From positions 1,504,001 to 1,568,000 of the forward strand of contig CAVPPB010000003.1 in assembly GCA_963707215.1 (NCBI GenBank): 64,000 nucleotides of DNA, given 5' to 3'. The DNA is from an uncultured Chloroflexia bacterium (GTDB lineage Bacteria; Chloroflexota; Limnocylindria; Limnocylindrales; CSP1-4). The notes beneath the pieces were generated by a model. It saw only the letters and a program-made list of their open reading frames with translations. It ran no database searches and was not told where the DNA came from. This document shows, piece by piece, positions 8,539 through 17,283 of the stretch. How positions within the stretch are numbered: position 1 is the stretch's first letter; each line of letters begins with the position of its first letter. The position numbers and the translations under genes were made by a program.

Positions 8539-10097
8539 GCGGCGATCACGTCGTCGTCGATGCGCTCGTCATCGAGGTTCCCGGCCGCCGCGTCGGTCGT
8601 GGGCTGCCGGTAGGTCCAGGTCGGCATCGGGCGGGCGGCCGTGAGACGGGCGGCCAGGCCCGGTTCCAGCAGCTCCTCGTCACTCCGCCGGTCCGACCGG
8701 ACATCCTGGTCGCCCTCGACGTCCACCGCGGAGCCGAGCACCATCCGGTGGACCCAGCCTCGATTCCCGTCCGGGCAGAGGACGAGCCAGTAGCTGCCCG
8801 AGCTCTCGCAGAGGGCGACCTCGTCGCCCTCGTCGAGCAGGCCGATCTCGCGGGCCGTGAACTCGTCGGGCGAGTCAAGCAGGCGGACCACCCGATAGCG
8901 GATCCGGCGCCGCTCCAGGTCGTCGTCGAGGGGTACGGCCGCGCTGTCGAAGGTCAGACGAGGGGCCGGCTCGGGCTCGGGAGCGCGCGCGGGATCGTGT
9001 TTGCGGGCCTGAAGAAGGGACGGCCGGCGCCAGCGGGGGATCAGTGCCTCCGGATCCGTCCCGGGCGCTGCCGGTCCCTGTCCGGGCCACGCGGCGACGG
9101 CCATCGCACCGGATGCCAGCGCGGCGTCGGCGGACGCGGCGGCGGACCGCCCGCCCGACGGATCGTCCTCGTCGTCGTCGCGCCGGCGGCCGAAGAGGAG
9201 GAAGGCGGTGACCATCGCCGCACCGCCGATGGTCGAGATGACCACGGAGGTGAATGGATCGGCGACCAGCAAGTCGGGCGGCAACCCTGGGAGCGCCCCC
9301 CGACCGGGGGCGACGGCAGGTCCCGGGACGCGGCGGGTCGGGATGGGCCGCGGGTCACCGGCGGTCGCGGCACTCGGGGGCATCCACCAGCCAGGATCGA
9401 TTGCACCGACAGAGCCGCCCGGGGCCAGGCCTGGATCGCGGGACTCCCCGAAGCGATCCGCGGGCGGGGTCGGGGCCTCGAGAGTCGGTCCGACGAGTGC
9501 CGTGGGAGCGTTGGTGGGCTCCGGCTGAGGTGGGGCGGGGGCGTCGATCGCGGACCCGCCGCCGGCGTCCGGGGGGCTGAACACAGCCGGCGGCGGAGGC
9601 GCCGGGGTCGCGGGCGGCGGCGGCTTCGTCGTACCGCCGCCCGAGCCACTGTCGCCGGGCGTCGGCGCCGGAGCCGGGGGCGGCGTGACGGTCATCCAGC
9701 CATCGTCGAGCTCGCCGACGGCGCCCTCCGGATCGACCGCCACGTAGTGGACGTCGAGCTTGCCGGCCGGCGGGGAGGCTACGGCCATGTAGATGACGCC
9801 CTTGCGGACGTTCCCGTCGGCGCCGGCCGGGGCCATCGCGTAGCTCACCGGACCGACCCGGACCACGACCGACACGGGATCGAGGCCACCGCGATGGCGG
9901 TACTCGATCCGGAACGTCACGGGTTCGCCGGCCGCCGACGACCGATCCGAGACCGATGGCTGCGAGAGCCGGATCGGGCTCGGGGCGGCGCCCAGCGAGG
10001 GTCCGACCGCGACGAGGACCAGGACCAGCGCCGCCGACCATGCGACGGCCAGGCCCCGGACCCCACCCGGGGCCGGGGGGCGATGGATGAGACCCAT
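8511..10097 (-). CDS. Membrane protein: signal peptide, extracellular domain, Pro-rich linker, TM helix, C-terminal SH3-like domain
   Basis: Hydrophobic N-terminus; TM VVISTIGGAAMVTAFLLFGRRR; IGLLDEGDEV...SYWLVLCPDGNRGWVHR resembles SH3. Start inferred from SD gagg. Confidence 0.7.
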   Translation of the reverse strand: MGLIHRPPAPGGVRGLAVAWSAALVLVLVAVGPSLGAAPSPIRLSQPSVSDRSSAAGEPVTFRIEYRHRGGLDPVSVVVRVGPVSYAMAPAGADGNVRKGVIYMAVASPPAGKLDVHYVAVDPEGAVGELDDGWMTVTPPPAPAPTPGDSGSGGGTTKPPPPATPAPPPPAVFSPPDAGGGSAIDAPAPPQPEPTNAPTALVGPTLEAPTPPADRFGESRDPGLAPGGSVGAIDPGWWMPPSAATAGDPRPIPTRRVPGPAVAPGRGALPGLPPDLLVADPFTSVVISTIGGAAMVTAFLLFGRRRDDDEDDPSGGRSAAASADAALASGAMAVAAWPGQGPAAPGTDPEALIPRWRRPSLLQARKHDPARAPEPEPAPRLTFDSAAVPLDDDLERRRIRYRVVRLLDSPDEFTAREIGLLDEGDEVALCESSGSYWLVLCPDGNRGWVHRMVLGSAVDVEGDQDVRSDRRSDEELLEPGLAARLTAARPMPTWTYRQPTTDAAAGNLDDERIDDDVIAAYRAARARA

Positions 10098-10340
10098 CGG
10101 ATGATGCCTCCGCGCCGAGCGATAGGTGCTCGACACGGACCGAGGATGGGCGGCGGGTGGCGGGTGGGCAATGGTACGGGGGTCCCGCCCGGCCGGGGCC
10201 ATCGGGCAAGCGCCCCGAGCGGATGGGTGCGGTCAGCATCGGTCCGGGGCGGAGCCGTGGCGTCCGGGCGTCGAACGGATGCCAGGGCTGGTCCGATTCG
10301 GCTATCCCGGGAGCCGGGGGCGGCGCCCGATGATGCCGTC

Positions 10341-11102
10341 ATGCCGGTCCTCGTCGCGTCCCGCGACCGCTCCGTCGCGCGCTCATTCGCGAGCGCGTTC
10401 GTTGGTCTGACGGTCGGCACGATCCTCCTTGGGGGAGGGATCCTGCTCGGCTACCTGCTGCTGACCGCCGGGATCGTGGAGCGGTTCGCCGTGCCGCCGC
10501 GGCCGAGCCCCGTGGAGATGGCCGCCGGCGTGCTCGCCTGGACCTTCGCGCTCGTGGTACCGGCCGGGTTCGCGGTGATCGGGGCCCTCCGGCTCCTCGA
10601 CACGATCGGCGTCAGCAGGCACCGACCGCGGATCCGCCCGGCGGCCCGCGTAGCCCATGCGATGCCCGACGATCACCTTGTCGCATCGCGTGTCCGCCTG
10701 CCGGATGGCCGGCTGGTGCCGGAGCTGATCGTGGGTCCGTTCGGGGTCGTGGTCGTCGGCGAGCTGCCGCCGGCGGGCGCATCACGCCACAGCGGCGGGC
10801 GCTGGGAGGTCCGGGTCGAGCGCGGGCGCTGGGTCCCGATCGAGAACCCGCTCGACCGGACCAGCCGTGACGCCGAGCGGGTCCGCCGATGGCTCGGCTC
10901 GGACGACAGCGATCACGTGGTCCGCGTCCATGCCGTGCTGATCGATCCAGACCGACGGGTCGAGCGGACGCCGACCTGCGCCGTCACGACGGCCCAGGAG
11001 CTGCCGGCCTGGCTGGCGTCGCTGCCGGCCCAGCGCTCGTTCGTGGCGGATCGCCAGGCCCGGGTGGCGGATACGGTGCGCGCTTCCCTCGACGGAGGCT
11101 GA
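10341..11102 (+). CDS. Membrane protein with two TM helices and a NERD-like domain
   Basis: Real C-terminal part of the 1303-aa track ORF. ELIVGPFGVVVV...GRWEV...ENPLDRTSRDAERVRRWL resembles NERD, though acidic/lysine catalytic residues look degenerate. Confidence 0.6.
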   Translation: MPVLVASRDRSVARSFASAFVGLTVGTILLGGGILLGYLLLTAGIVERFAVPPRPSPVEMAAGVLAWTFALVVPAGFAVIGALRLLDTIGVSRHRPRIRPAARVAHAMPDDHLVASRVRLPDGRLVPELIVGPFGVVVVGELPPAGASRHSGGRWEVRVERGRWVPIENPLDRTSRDAERVRRWLGSDDSDHVVRVHAVLIDPDRRVERTPTCAVTTAQELPAWLASLPAQRSFVADRQARVADTVRASLDGG

Positions 11103-11116
11103 GGCCGGGCCGAGGC

Positions 11117-11192
11117 TGGTAGGGGAGCCAGGATTCGAACCTGGGACCGCCCGGATATAAGCCGGGTGCTCTAACCGCTGAGCTACTCCCCC
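11117..11192 (-). tRNA. tRNA-Ile with anticodon UAU
   Basis: GGGGGAG TA GCTC AGCGGTTA GAGC A CCCGG CT-TAT-AT CCGGG CGGTC CCAGG TTCGAAT CCTGG CTCCCCT A CCA: a 76-nt cloverleaf with A73 and encoded CCA. Confidence 0.95.
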
Positions 11193-11250
11193 ATCGGACG
11201 CCTGGCAGGGCCAAGCCCAGGGCATCGTACCCCCGGATGCCAGCGCAGCT

Positions 11251-12060
11251 CTACCCGAGCGAGCGCATCGGCGGAAGGCGGCGACCACCCAGGACCCGGA
11301 CGGAGACGAGCACGACCATCGCGGCGACGATCAGGACGGCGGCGGCCGCGACCGCCGCGTCGAGACTGCCAGCGAACTCGGCGTAGACGAGCAGGGGCAG
11401 CGTCTGGGTGAGTCCCGGCAGGCTGCCGGCCAGCAGGATGGTCGCCCCGAACTCGCCGAGCGCACGGGCCCAGGCGGTCACGAGGGCCGCCGCCAGGGCC
11501 GATGACGTCAGTGGCAGGTCGATCCGGCGAAGGGTCTCGAGTTCACCCGCACCATCGACACGGGCCGCATCCTCGATGTCGCGGTCGACGCCGGCCAGCG
11601 CGGCGCGGGCGGCCCGGACGAAGATCGGGCCGGCGACGAAGACCTGGGCGACGACGACGGCCGCGGTCGTGAACGGGATGACGATCCCGAGGTCCGCCAG
11701 CAGCGTGCCGAGCGCCCCCTGGCTGCCGAGGACCAGCAGGAGGGCCAGACCGGCGACGACCGGGGGCAGGACGACCGGCAGGTCGACGATCGTCTCCACG
11801 AGGATCGCGCCCGGGATCCGGCGACGTGCCAGCAGGAAGGCCAGCGGCACACCCAGGAGGACGACGACGACGATGGACACGGCGGTCGTGGCCAGGCTCA
11901 GCCCAAGGGCGACGAGGACGTCGGAGCGGACGGCCACGTCGGCCAGGAAGCCGCCGAGGACCGCCCGGCCGAGCAGGGCCACGATCGGCAAGGCCAGGAA
12001 GGTCAGGAGGAGGCCGGCCGGGATGGCCAGGGCGAGCTCGGTCGGGATCGAGCGCCGCAT
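11251..12060 (-). CDS. modB: Molybdate ABC transporter permease
   Basis: DLPVVLPPVVAGLALL, EAA loop EDAARVDGA, WARALGEFGATILLAG, TQTLPL. Confidence 0.92.
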   Translation of the reverse strand: MRRSIPTELALAIPAGLLLTFLALPIVALLGRAVLGGFLADVAVRSDVLVALGLSLATTAVSIVVVVLLGVPLAFLLARRRIPGAILVETIVDLPVVLPPVVAGLALLLVLGSQGALGTLLADLGIVIPFTTAAVVVAQVFVAGPIFVRAARAALAGVDRDIEDAARVDGAGELETLRRIDLPLTSSALAAALVTAWARALGEFGATILLAGSLPGLTQTLPLLVYAEFAGSLDAAVAAAAVLIVAAMVVLVSVRVLGGRRLPPMRSLG

Positions 12061-12917
12061 CAGCCCGGCCCGCCGAAGCCGAACCCGGCGATGATCGTTC
12101 GTGCCTCCTCGCTCGCCAGCCAGTCGACGAAGTCGGCCGTGAGTTCCGGGTCGGCGGCACGGGCGAGCGCGACGGCCACATACGTGGCGACGACGGAGGC
12201 TGTATCGGGCAGCGGGACCTCGCGCACGGCCGGGCGGTCACGGAGGTCCGTGGAGTAGACGAAGCCCGCGTCCCCCTCGCCCAGCTCGAGCTTGGTGACC
12301 ACCGCCCGGACGTTCGCCTCTTCGCTCACGACGTTGGCAGCCACACGGGCCGCGAAGTCCGCCGGGGCGCCCGGGAGCGCGGCCAGCCGGCCGACGACCT
12401 CGGACCCGTAGCGAGCGATCGGGACCGCCGGGGCTGCTGCCACGATCCGGACGCCATCGTCGGCGAGGTCCCAGGGATCGGCGACGGACGACCCCCGGGA
12501 CGGGACCGCGAGGACCACCCGAGCGGTCGCGAAGTCGCGCGCGGCGGTCGCCGTCAGCCCGGCAGCCGCGAGCGGCTCGACCTCGGCAGGACTGGCAGGG
12601 GCGAAGATATCGGCCGGCGCGCCCTGCTCGATCTGGACCCGCAGCGTCGACGAGGCGTCCGACGCCACCACGACCGTGACCCCCGGGTGACCGGCTTCGT
12701 ACTCGGTGGCCAGCGCCGCGACGAGGTCACGGAGCGACGACGCCGCGAAGACCGTCAGTCGGGGACCGGCCAGGCCATCGGAACAGCCGGCGAGGGTGAC
12801 CGCCGCTGCCAGCACGACCGCGGCGACCATCGGGCGTGACCTGTCGGATCGGCCCCGATCCGGCCGGCCCGGGTCGCTGGCACCCCTGGCCGGCCGCCGC
12901 GGGGGCGGCCAGGTCAT
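12060..12917 (-). CDS. modA: Molybdate ABC transporter substrate-binding lipoprotein
   Basis: LAGC lipobox, VFAASSL, SSTLRVQIEQGAPADIF, NVRAVVTKLELGEGDAGFVYSTD. Confidence 0.92.
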   Translation of the reverse strand: MTWPPPRRPARGASDPGRPDRGRSDRSRPMVAAVVLAAAVTLAGCSDGLAGPRLTVFAASSLRDLVAALATEYEAGHPGVTVVVASDASSTLRVQIEQGAPADIFAPASPAEVEPLAAAGLTATAARDFATARVVLAVPSRGSSVADPWDLADDGVRIVAAAPAVPIARYGSEVVGRLAALPGAPADFAARVAANVVSEEANVRAVVTKLELGEGDAGFVYSTDLRDRPAVREVPLPDTASVVATYVAVALARAADPELTADFVDWLASEEARTIIAGFGFGGPG

Positions 12918-13336
12918 CTGGGGACCTCGACGATGACCTGGGTCGCCTTGACGACGCAGACCGCCTCGTCGCCGATGGAGAGGTCCAACTCGTCCACGGC
13001 CTCGGCGGTCATGAGGCTCAGCAGCCGATGGGGTCCGGCCAGCACCTCGACCGTGGCGGCCACGCCGTCCCGCTCGATGCGGGTGACGATGCCGGCGAAG
13101 CGATTGCGCGCCGATTGGGCCACGATCGGCCGATCGGCTGTGGTCCGGCGACGCTCAGCCAGGAGCCGGCTCACCTCGCTGATCGGCACCAGCCGCTGCC
13201 CTCCGGCACTCCGGGTCGTCTGCAGCCGACCCTCCTCGGTCCAGCGGCGGAGGGTATCGACCCCGACGCCGAGCAGCTCGGCGGCCTGGCCGATGCGGAT
13301 CGTCCGGGAGTGGGCCGCTTGCCCATCCGGTTTCAT
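12914..13336 (-). CDS. MerR/excisionase-like HTH plus TOBE molybdenum regulator
   Basis: IRIGQAAELLGVGVDTLRRW HTH; SARNRFAGIV...VKATQV TOBE/Mop domain; first gene of the mod operon. Confidence 0.9.
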   Translation of the reverse strand: MKPDGQAAHSRTIRIGQAAELLGVGVDTLRRWTEEGRLQTTRSAGGQRLVPISEVSRLLAERRRTTADRPIVAQSARNRFAGIVTRIERDGVAATVEVLAGPHRLLSLMTAEAVDELDLSIGDEAVCVVKATQVIVEVPR

Positions 13337-13380
13337 AGCTAGACATCATCACAACCTGAGTGAGAATTGTCTAGATATGA
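13333..13380. promoter_or_regulatory. Inverted-repeat operator over the mod regulator start and promoter
   Basis: TCATAGCTAGACA (13333-13345) and TGTCTAGATATGA (13368-13380) form a 12/13 inverted match with a 22-bp spacer in an AT-rich island. Confidence 0.65.
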
Positions 13381-13451
13381 CGTTCCTTTGGGGCGGGAAA
13401 CGCCACCTGCCCGGCGCCGACCACGCCGACCGCGCCGACCACGCCGAGCGG

Positions 13452-13745
13452 TCAGCGAGGATCGATCCTGCGGGCGAGGGCTCTGAGGCTGAACGGTCGC
13501 GGCTCGAGCGGGCGGGACCCATCCGGGTCGCTCTGGGCCAGGCCGTCGCGCTCGGCCTCGGCGGGCCCCGACGCTTCGGCGGGCGACGAACCCGTCGACC
13601 CTTCCTCCTCGAGGCCCCGGAAGGCTTCGAGCGGCAGGTCATCCGGGTCGAGGGGTCGCTCCTGGACCTCGATCGGGCGCGGAGGGCGCGCGTAGGCAGG
13701 GGCTCCGTAGAGCTTGGGCAGCGCGACGTACTGCTGCTCGTCCAT
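13452..13745 (-). CDS. Small hypothetical protein
   Basis: MDEQQYVALPKLYGAPAYARPP...DPDDLPLE; SD gagg before ATG 13745. Confidence 0.6.
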   Translation of the reverse strand: MDEQQYVALPKLYGAPAYARPPRPIEVQERPLDPDDLPLEAFRGLEEEGSTGSSPAEASGPAEAERDGLAQSDPDGSRPLEPRPFSLRALARRIDPR

Positions 13746-13902
13746 CGGCCTCGTCGTTGAGTCTGATCGAGTCGGCACGGCGCCGGGACCCGTCGGGAGA
13801 CTACCGCGGACCGGACCATCGGGTCACCCCCCGGTGGCGCGGAGCGGTGGCCTCAGGTGGGCTCCGAGCCGGTCCTTGTGGTGCGCCAACGCACCATGTG
13901 GG

Positions 13903-14331
13903 TCACGAGCCGACCAGGATCGGCTTCAGCACCTGGGTCACCAGGACGAGGACGAGGTAGGCGATGGGGATGGCCGCGAAGAGCCCCAGGGCGGCGCTCC
14001 AGATCGTGCGGCGCGGTCGCCGGTCCGTCGCCGCGCCACTCGGCTGGGGCACGACCAGGTAGGTGACGAGGCTCCCGATAGCGAGGACCAGCACCACGTA
14101 GGCAGCGACGGCCAGGCTCCGCAGGTCGCCACCAGGGAGGGCGGCCCCGCGGCTCAGCGCGACGTCGTACACGAGGAGGGCGATCCCCAGGATCGAGGCG
14201 ACGACGAGGCTCGCGGCGACCGCCCGCACCACCGGCCTGGGAGCACCCCGGAACTGCCGCCAGCGGACCTCCAGCCAGGAGCGCTGGCGGATCGGCCGTC
14301 GCTCGACGTCAGATGATGGGCGTCCGCTCAC
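13903..14331 (-). CDS. Hypothetical membrane protein (3 TM)
   Basis: GTG start overlaps the upstream stop (GTGA); three hydrophobic segments. Confidence 0.7.
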   Translation of the reverse strand: MSGRPSSDVERRPIRQRSWLEVRWRQFRGAPRPVVRAVAASLVVASILGIALLVYDVALSRGAALPGGDLRSLAVAAYVVLVLAIGSLVTYLVVPQPSGAATDRRPRRTIWSAALGLFAAIPIAYLVLVLVTQVLKPILVGS

Positions 14332-15569
14332 GGCCGCCGAAGGTCGACGATCTCGAGGTCGCGTCGCGGCGGGATGTCCTCGGGGGTGTGGCTCGCGATC
14401 AGCTCGACGGTGGCCAGCGTCCTCTCCAGCTCGTCGGCCGAGTTCCAGGCACCCACGCTGAACCGGACCGCGTCGAGAGCGGGGATCGTCCGGCAGACGA
14501 CGAAGCCCCGGGCGGCAAGCTCGTCCATGACCGCGTGGGCGGTCCAGCCTGCGACACGGAAGCTCACCAGCGTCGCCATCTGCGCCCTCGGCGTCAGCAG
14601 CTCGACACCCGGGATGGAGGCCAGCCGGTCGGCTACGCCACGGGCCAGGGGCAGGGCTCGTCCGTGGACCCAATCCCAGCCCACGTACATCGCCAGCCAC
14701 CCGGCGGCCCGAGCCAGGCCGGCGACGGCCGGCTTGTACCAGTTGGCGGCGTCGTAGCGTCGAGCGGTCGGCCAGGGATCCGCGGTGCCACGCGCGTCGA
14801 GCCGCTCGAACGTGGACCAGCCGCCGAACGCCGGCAGTCGGTCCGTCCGAAGGTCTGGCGAGACCCACAGACCGGCGACGCCGTCGGGGCCCAGCAGCCA
14901 CTTCTGGCCGGGGAACGCGTAGAGGTCCGCACCGAGCGAGGGGGCGTCGAGCGGCATCGCTCCGGCCGCCTGGGCGCCGTCGACGACCATGATCGCCCCT
15001 CGCTCATGGGCCAGCTCGGCGATGCGAGCGACGGGGAGGACGGCCCCGGTCGACCAGGCGACGTGCGAGACGGAGACCACCCGGGTCCGCCCGTCGATCG
15101 CGTCGGCCAGCGCGGCCAGGGTCCGCCCGTCGTCGCCGCCGTCGCCGACGTCCGCGAAGACCGCTTCGACACCTCGGTCGCGGAGCGCGTACACCGGGCC
15201 GAGAGCCCCGGCGTGCTCGAGCGTGGTGGTGACGACGCGATCGCCGGGTCCGGCCCAGGCTGCCCAGCTCGCGAGGCTCATGCCGTGGGAGGTCGAGGTC
15301 GTCAGGGCGATGTCGTCGACATCGGCCGTCAGGACGGTCGCGAGGGCGGCCCTTGCCTCGTCGAGGCGCTGCATGACGAGCTCGAAGAAGGCGGGGTGCG
15401 CTCGCCCGGTCCGCAGCTCCCACTCGGCGAGCTCGGCCATCGCCGCGGCCACCTCGGATGGCAGCGGGCCGGCCGTGCCGGCGTTCAGGTAGACACCGGC
15501 AGCGACCGCCGGCAGGGCGTCACGGAACGCGCGCAGCCGCTCGTCGTCCGCGGGGAACGGTGGGATCAC
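14328..15569 (-). CDS. Class V PLP enzyme, cysteine/cystine C-S lyase (C-DES/CefD-like)
   Basis: YLNAGTAGP, EHAG, VDGAQAAG, YAFPGQKWLLGP (PLP Lys); no RxGHHCA desulfurase Cys motif. Start GTG lies 7 nt after TATCAT. Confidence 0.8.
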   Translation of the reverse strand: MIPPFPADDERLRAFRDALPAVAAGVYLNAGTAGPLPSEVAAAMAELAEWELRTGRAHPAFFELVMQRLDEARAALATVLTADVDDIALTTSTSHGMSLASWAAWAGPGDRVVTTTLEHAGALGPVYALRDRGVEAVFADVGDGGDDGRTLAALADAIDGRTRVVSVSHVAWSTGAVLPVARIAELAHERGAIMVVDGAQAAGAMPLDAPSLGADLYAFPGQKWLLGPDGVAGLWVSPDLRTDRLPAFGGWSTFERLDARGTADPWPTARRYDAANWYKPAVAGLARAAGWLAMYVGWDWVHGRALPLARGVADRLASIPGVELLTPRAQMATLVSFRVAGWTAHAVMDELAARGFVVCRTIPALDAVRFSVGAWNSADELERTLATVELIASHTPEDIPPRRDLEIVDLRRP

Positions 15570-15588
15570 GGCCCGTATGATACCGAGC
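15570..15588. promoter_or_regulatory. Overlapping bidirectional -10 element (TATGAT on +, TATCAT on -)
   Basis: Each hexamer is exactly 7 nt from a start codon on its own strand (ATG 15589 on +, GTG 15569 on -). Confidence 0.7.
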
Positions 15589-15654
15589 ATGCCGACGCCA
15601 CCCCCCGGGCTCCGCGCCACCGGTCCAGCCGACCTGCCGACGGTCGGTCGGTGA
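15589..15654 (+). CDS. Leaderless 21-aa uORF coupled to the rhodanese gene
   Basis: MPTPPPGLRATGPADLPTVGR*; TGA 15652-15654 overlaps GTG 15651. Confidence 0.45.
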   Translation: MPTPPPGLRATGPADLPTVGR

Positions 15655-16493
15655 GCAGCTGGGCGCGGCCGGAGATCCTCGCCTCGACGGACTGGCTGGC
15701 CGACCAGCTCGAGCGCCCGGACGTCCAGGTGCTCGACGTTCGCTGGCGTCCCGACGGGACCGGCGACCAGGTGCACGCAGGGGGCCACGTCCCGGGCGCG
15801 ATCCACCTCGACTGGGCCACCGCCCTGGCCGAGTCGACCGATGAGACGGGCATCCTCCGGCTCGCAGGCCCGGAGCTCGTGGCGGGGGCGCTGAGCCAGG
15901 CCGGGATCGGCGATGGCGCGAGCGTGGTCGTCTACGACGACACTGCCAGCCTCTTCGCCGCACGGACCTGGTGGAGCCTGCGCGCCTACGGGCTCGACTC
16001 GTGCCGGATCCTCGACGGGGGGTTCGCCGCCTGGTCGTCCGAGGAGCGCCCGGTGTCACGCGCACGGGTCCAGCCGGAGCCGACCATCTTCACGCCACGG
16101 GCCCAATCGCGACTGCGCCTGACGACCGCCGACGTCCGTTCTCTCCTCGGCTCAGCCGAGGCGACCATCGTCGATGCCCGGTCGCCGAGCGAGCATCGCG
16201 GGCTCGAGGGGGACAGCCGACGGCTCGGTCGGATCCCCGGGTCGCACAGCGTCCCGGCGGCGGCCACGACGCGGCCCGGTGACCAGCGCTTCCGCGATGC
16301 CGACGGATTGCGGGCGCTGCTACGGGGAGCGGACGTGGGGCGCGACCGCCGGTTCGTCTGCTACGACGCTGCCGGCATCGGCGCGGCCAAGGTCGCCTTC
16401 GTCCTCATGCTCCTCGGGTACGACGACGTGGCGGTCTACGACGGGGGGTGGGCCGAGTGGGGCGACCGGCTGGACCTGCCGGTCGAGCGCTGA
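15651..16493 (+). CDS. Tandem-domain rhodanese/sulfurtransferase-like protein (SseA/TST fold)
   Basis: GHVPGA, VVYDD...AARTWW, ILDGGF, IVDARS, GRIPGS, VYDGGWAEW motifs; active-site loop reads YDAAG instead of YCxxG. Confidence 0.88.
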   Translation: MSSWARPEILASTDWLADQLERPDVQVLDVRWRPDGTGDQVHAGGHVPGAIHLDWATALAESTDETGILRLAGPELVAGALSQAGIGDGASVVVYDDTASLFAARTWWSLRAYGLDSCRILDGGFAAWSSEERPVSRARVQPEPTIFTPRAQSRLRLTTADVRSLLGSAEATIVDARSPSEHRGLEGDSRRLGRIPGSHSVPAAATTRPGDQRFRDADGLRALLRGADVGRDRRFVCYDAAGIGAAKVAFVLMLLGYDDVAVYDGGWAEWGDRLDLPVER

Positions 16494-16526
16494 GGTCCAA
16501 GCGATCCCCGAAGGATCGCCGGTCGA

Positions 16527-17165
16527 TCAGGATCCGGCGTCGTCGCCCGGGCGGGCGGCTCGAGCCGGGTCGCTCCCGGGCTCGTCGTCGCCCGGACCGT
16601 CGGCGGCCCGGCCGCCGGGCGCGTTCTGGGCGCCCTCGTCGAGACCCGCCCACGGATCGACCTCGGTGTGCGGCGCCAGGATGTGCGCTCGCTCGCGATT
16701 GACCGAGACGACCGTCACGGTCGTCCGCGGCTCGCCGACCCGCTCCGACCAGTAGGTCGCGTCGGTGATCGGGATGAACCGCTCGGTGAGCTCCAGCAGG
16801 GCATCGCGCAGGTTGCGCTCCGGCAGAAGGTGGATCCGACCGGTCACCCGGAACGGCGGCACGGTGACGAGGGCTCGCTCCTGGACCTTGGGGGTCCGCA
16901 GCTCGGGTGTCGCCTCGACAGGGACGTCGGACACGGCGAAGAGGACAGCCGAGAGGTTGACCTGGGCGAAGTCGGCCCGGTCGATCTCCCCGCGACCGCC
17001 GAACTCCTCGAAGACCGCCCCCTCCACGACGAGGAAGTCATCCTCGGCCCGGTTCAGCACGTCGGTGATCCGGTGCTGGCGGGTCCGGACGTGCCCGCGG
17101 ATCACGAAGGTGTCCGTATAGAGCGTCAGCGGGGCGGATTGCTCGGCGGCCATGTCCATGTACAT
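16527..17165 (-). CDS. Hypothetical protein (DUF6812-like, internally duplicated beta domain)
   Basis: Two similar halves (IRGHV..R.TDVLN..F.V / VTGRIH...LRDAL...FIPITDA); TATCCT 6 nt upstream of ATG. Confidence 0.65.
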   Translation of the reverse strand: MYMDMAAEQSAPLTLYTDTFVIRGHVRTRQHRITDVLNRAEDDFLVVEGAVFEEFGGRGEIDRADFAQVNLSAVLFAVSDVPVEATPELRTPKVQERALVTVPPFRVTGRIHLLPERNLRDALLELTERFIPITDATYWSERVGEPRTTVTVVSVNRERAHILAPHTEVDPWAGLDEGAQNAPGGRAADGPGDDEPGSDPARAARPGDDAGS

Positions 17166-17283
17166 GCTCCGAGGATAGCGGCCAAGCGGCCGCCGGTCAC
17201 CGCTCCGGACCTCCCGCCACCGCCCGATCCCGGGGACCGACGGCCCGGCGGCCGACGGCCAGGCGCCACGACGCGCCCCGGGT

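Noticed and set aside
7191-11102. 1303-aa ORF
   Set aside because: Mostly a shadow frame over the methyltransferase and the antisense SH3 gene; only 10341-11102 looks like a real protein.
7606-11192. Methyltransferase + NERD + tRNA as a defence island or integrated element
   Set aside because: No integrase, no duplicated tRNA 3' end found, host-like composition, and the two genes are not in one operon.
13415-13450. 9-bp tandem repeat (CGCCGACCA/G, about 4 copies)
   Set aside because: Too short and without spacers, so not CRISPR; probably a slippage microsatellite.
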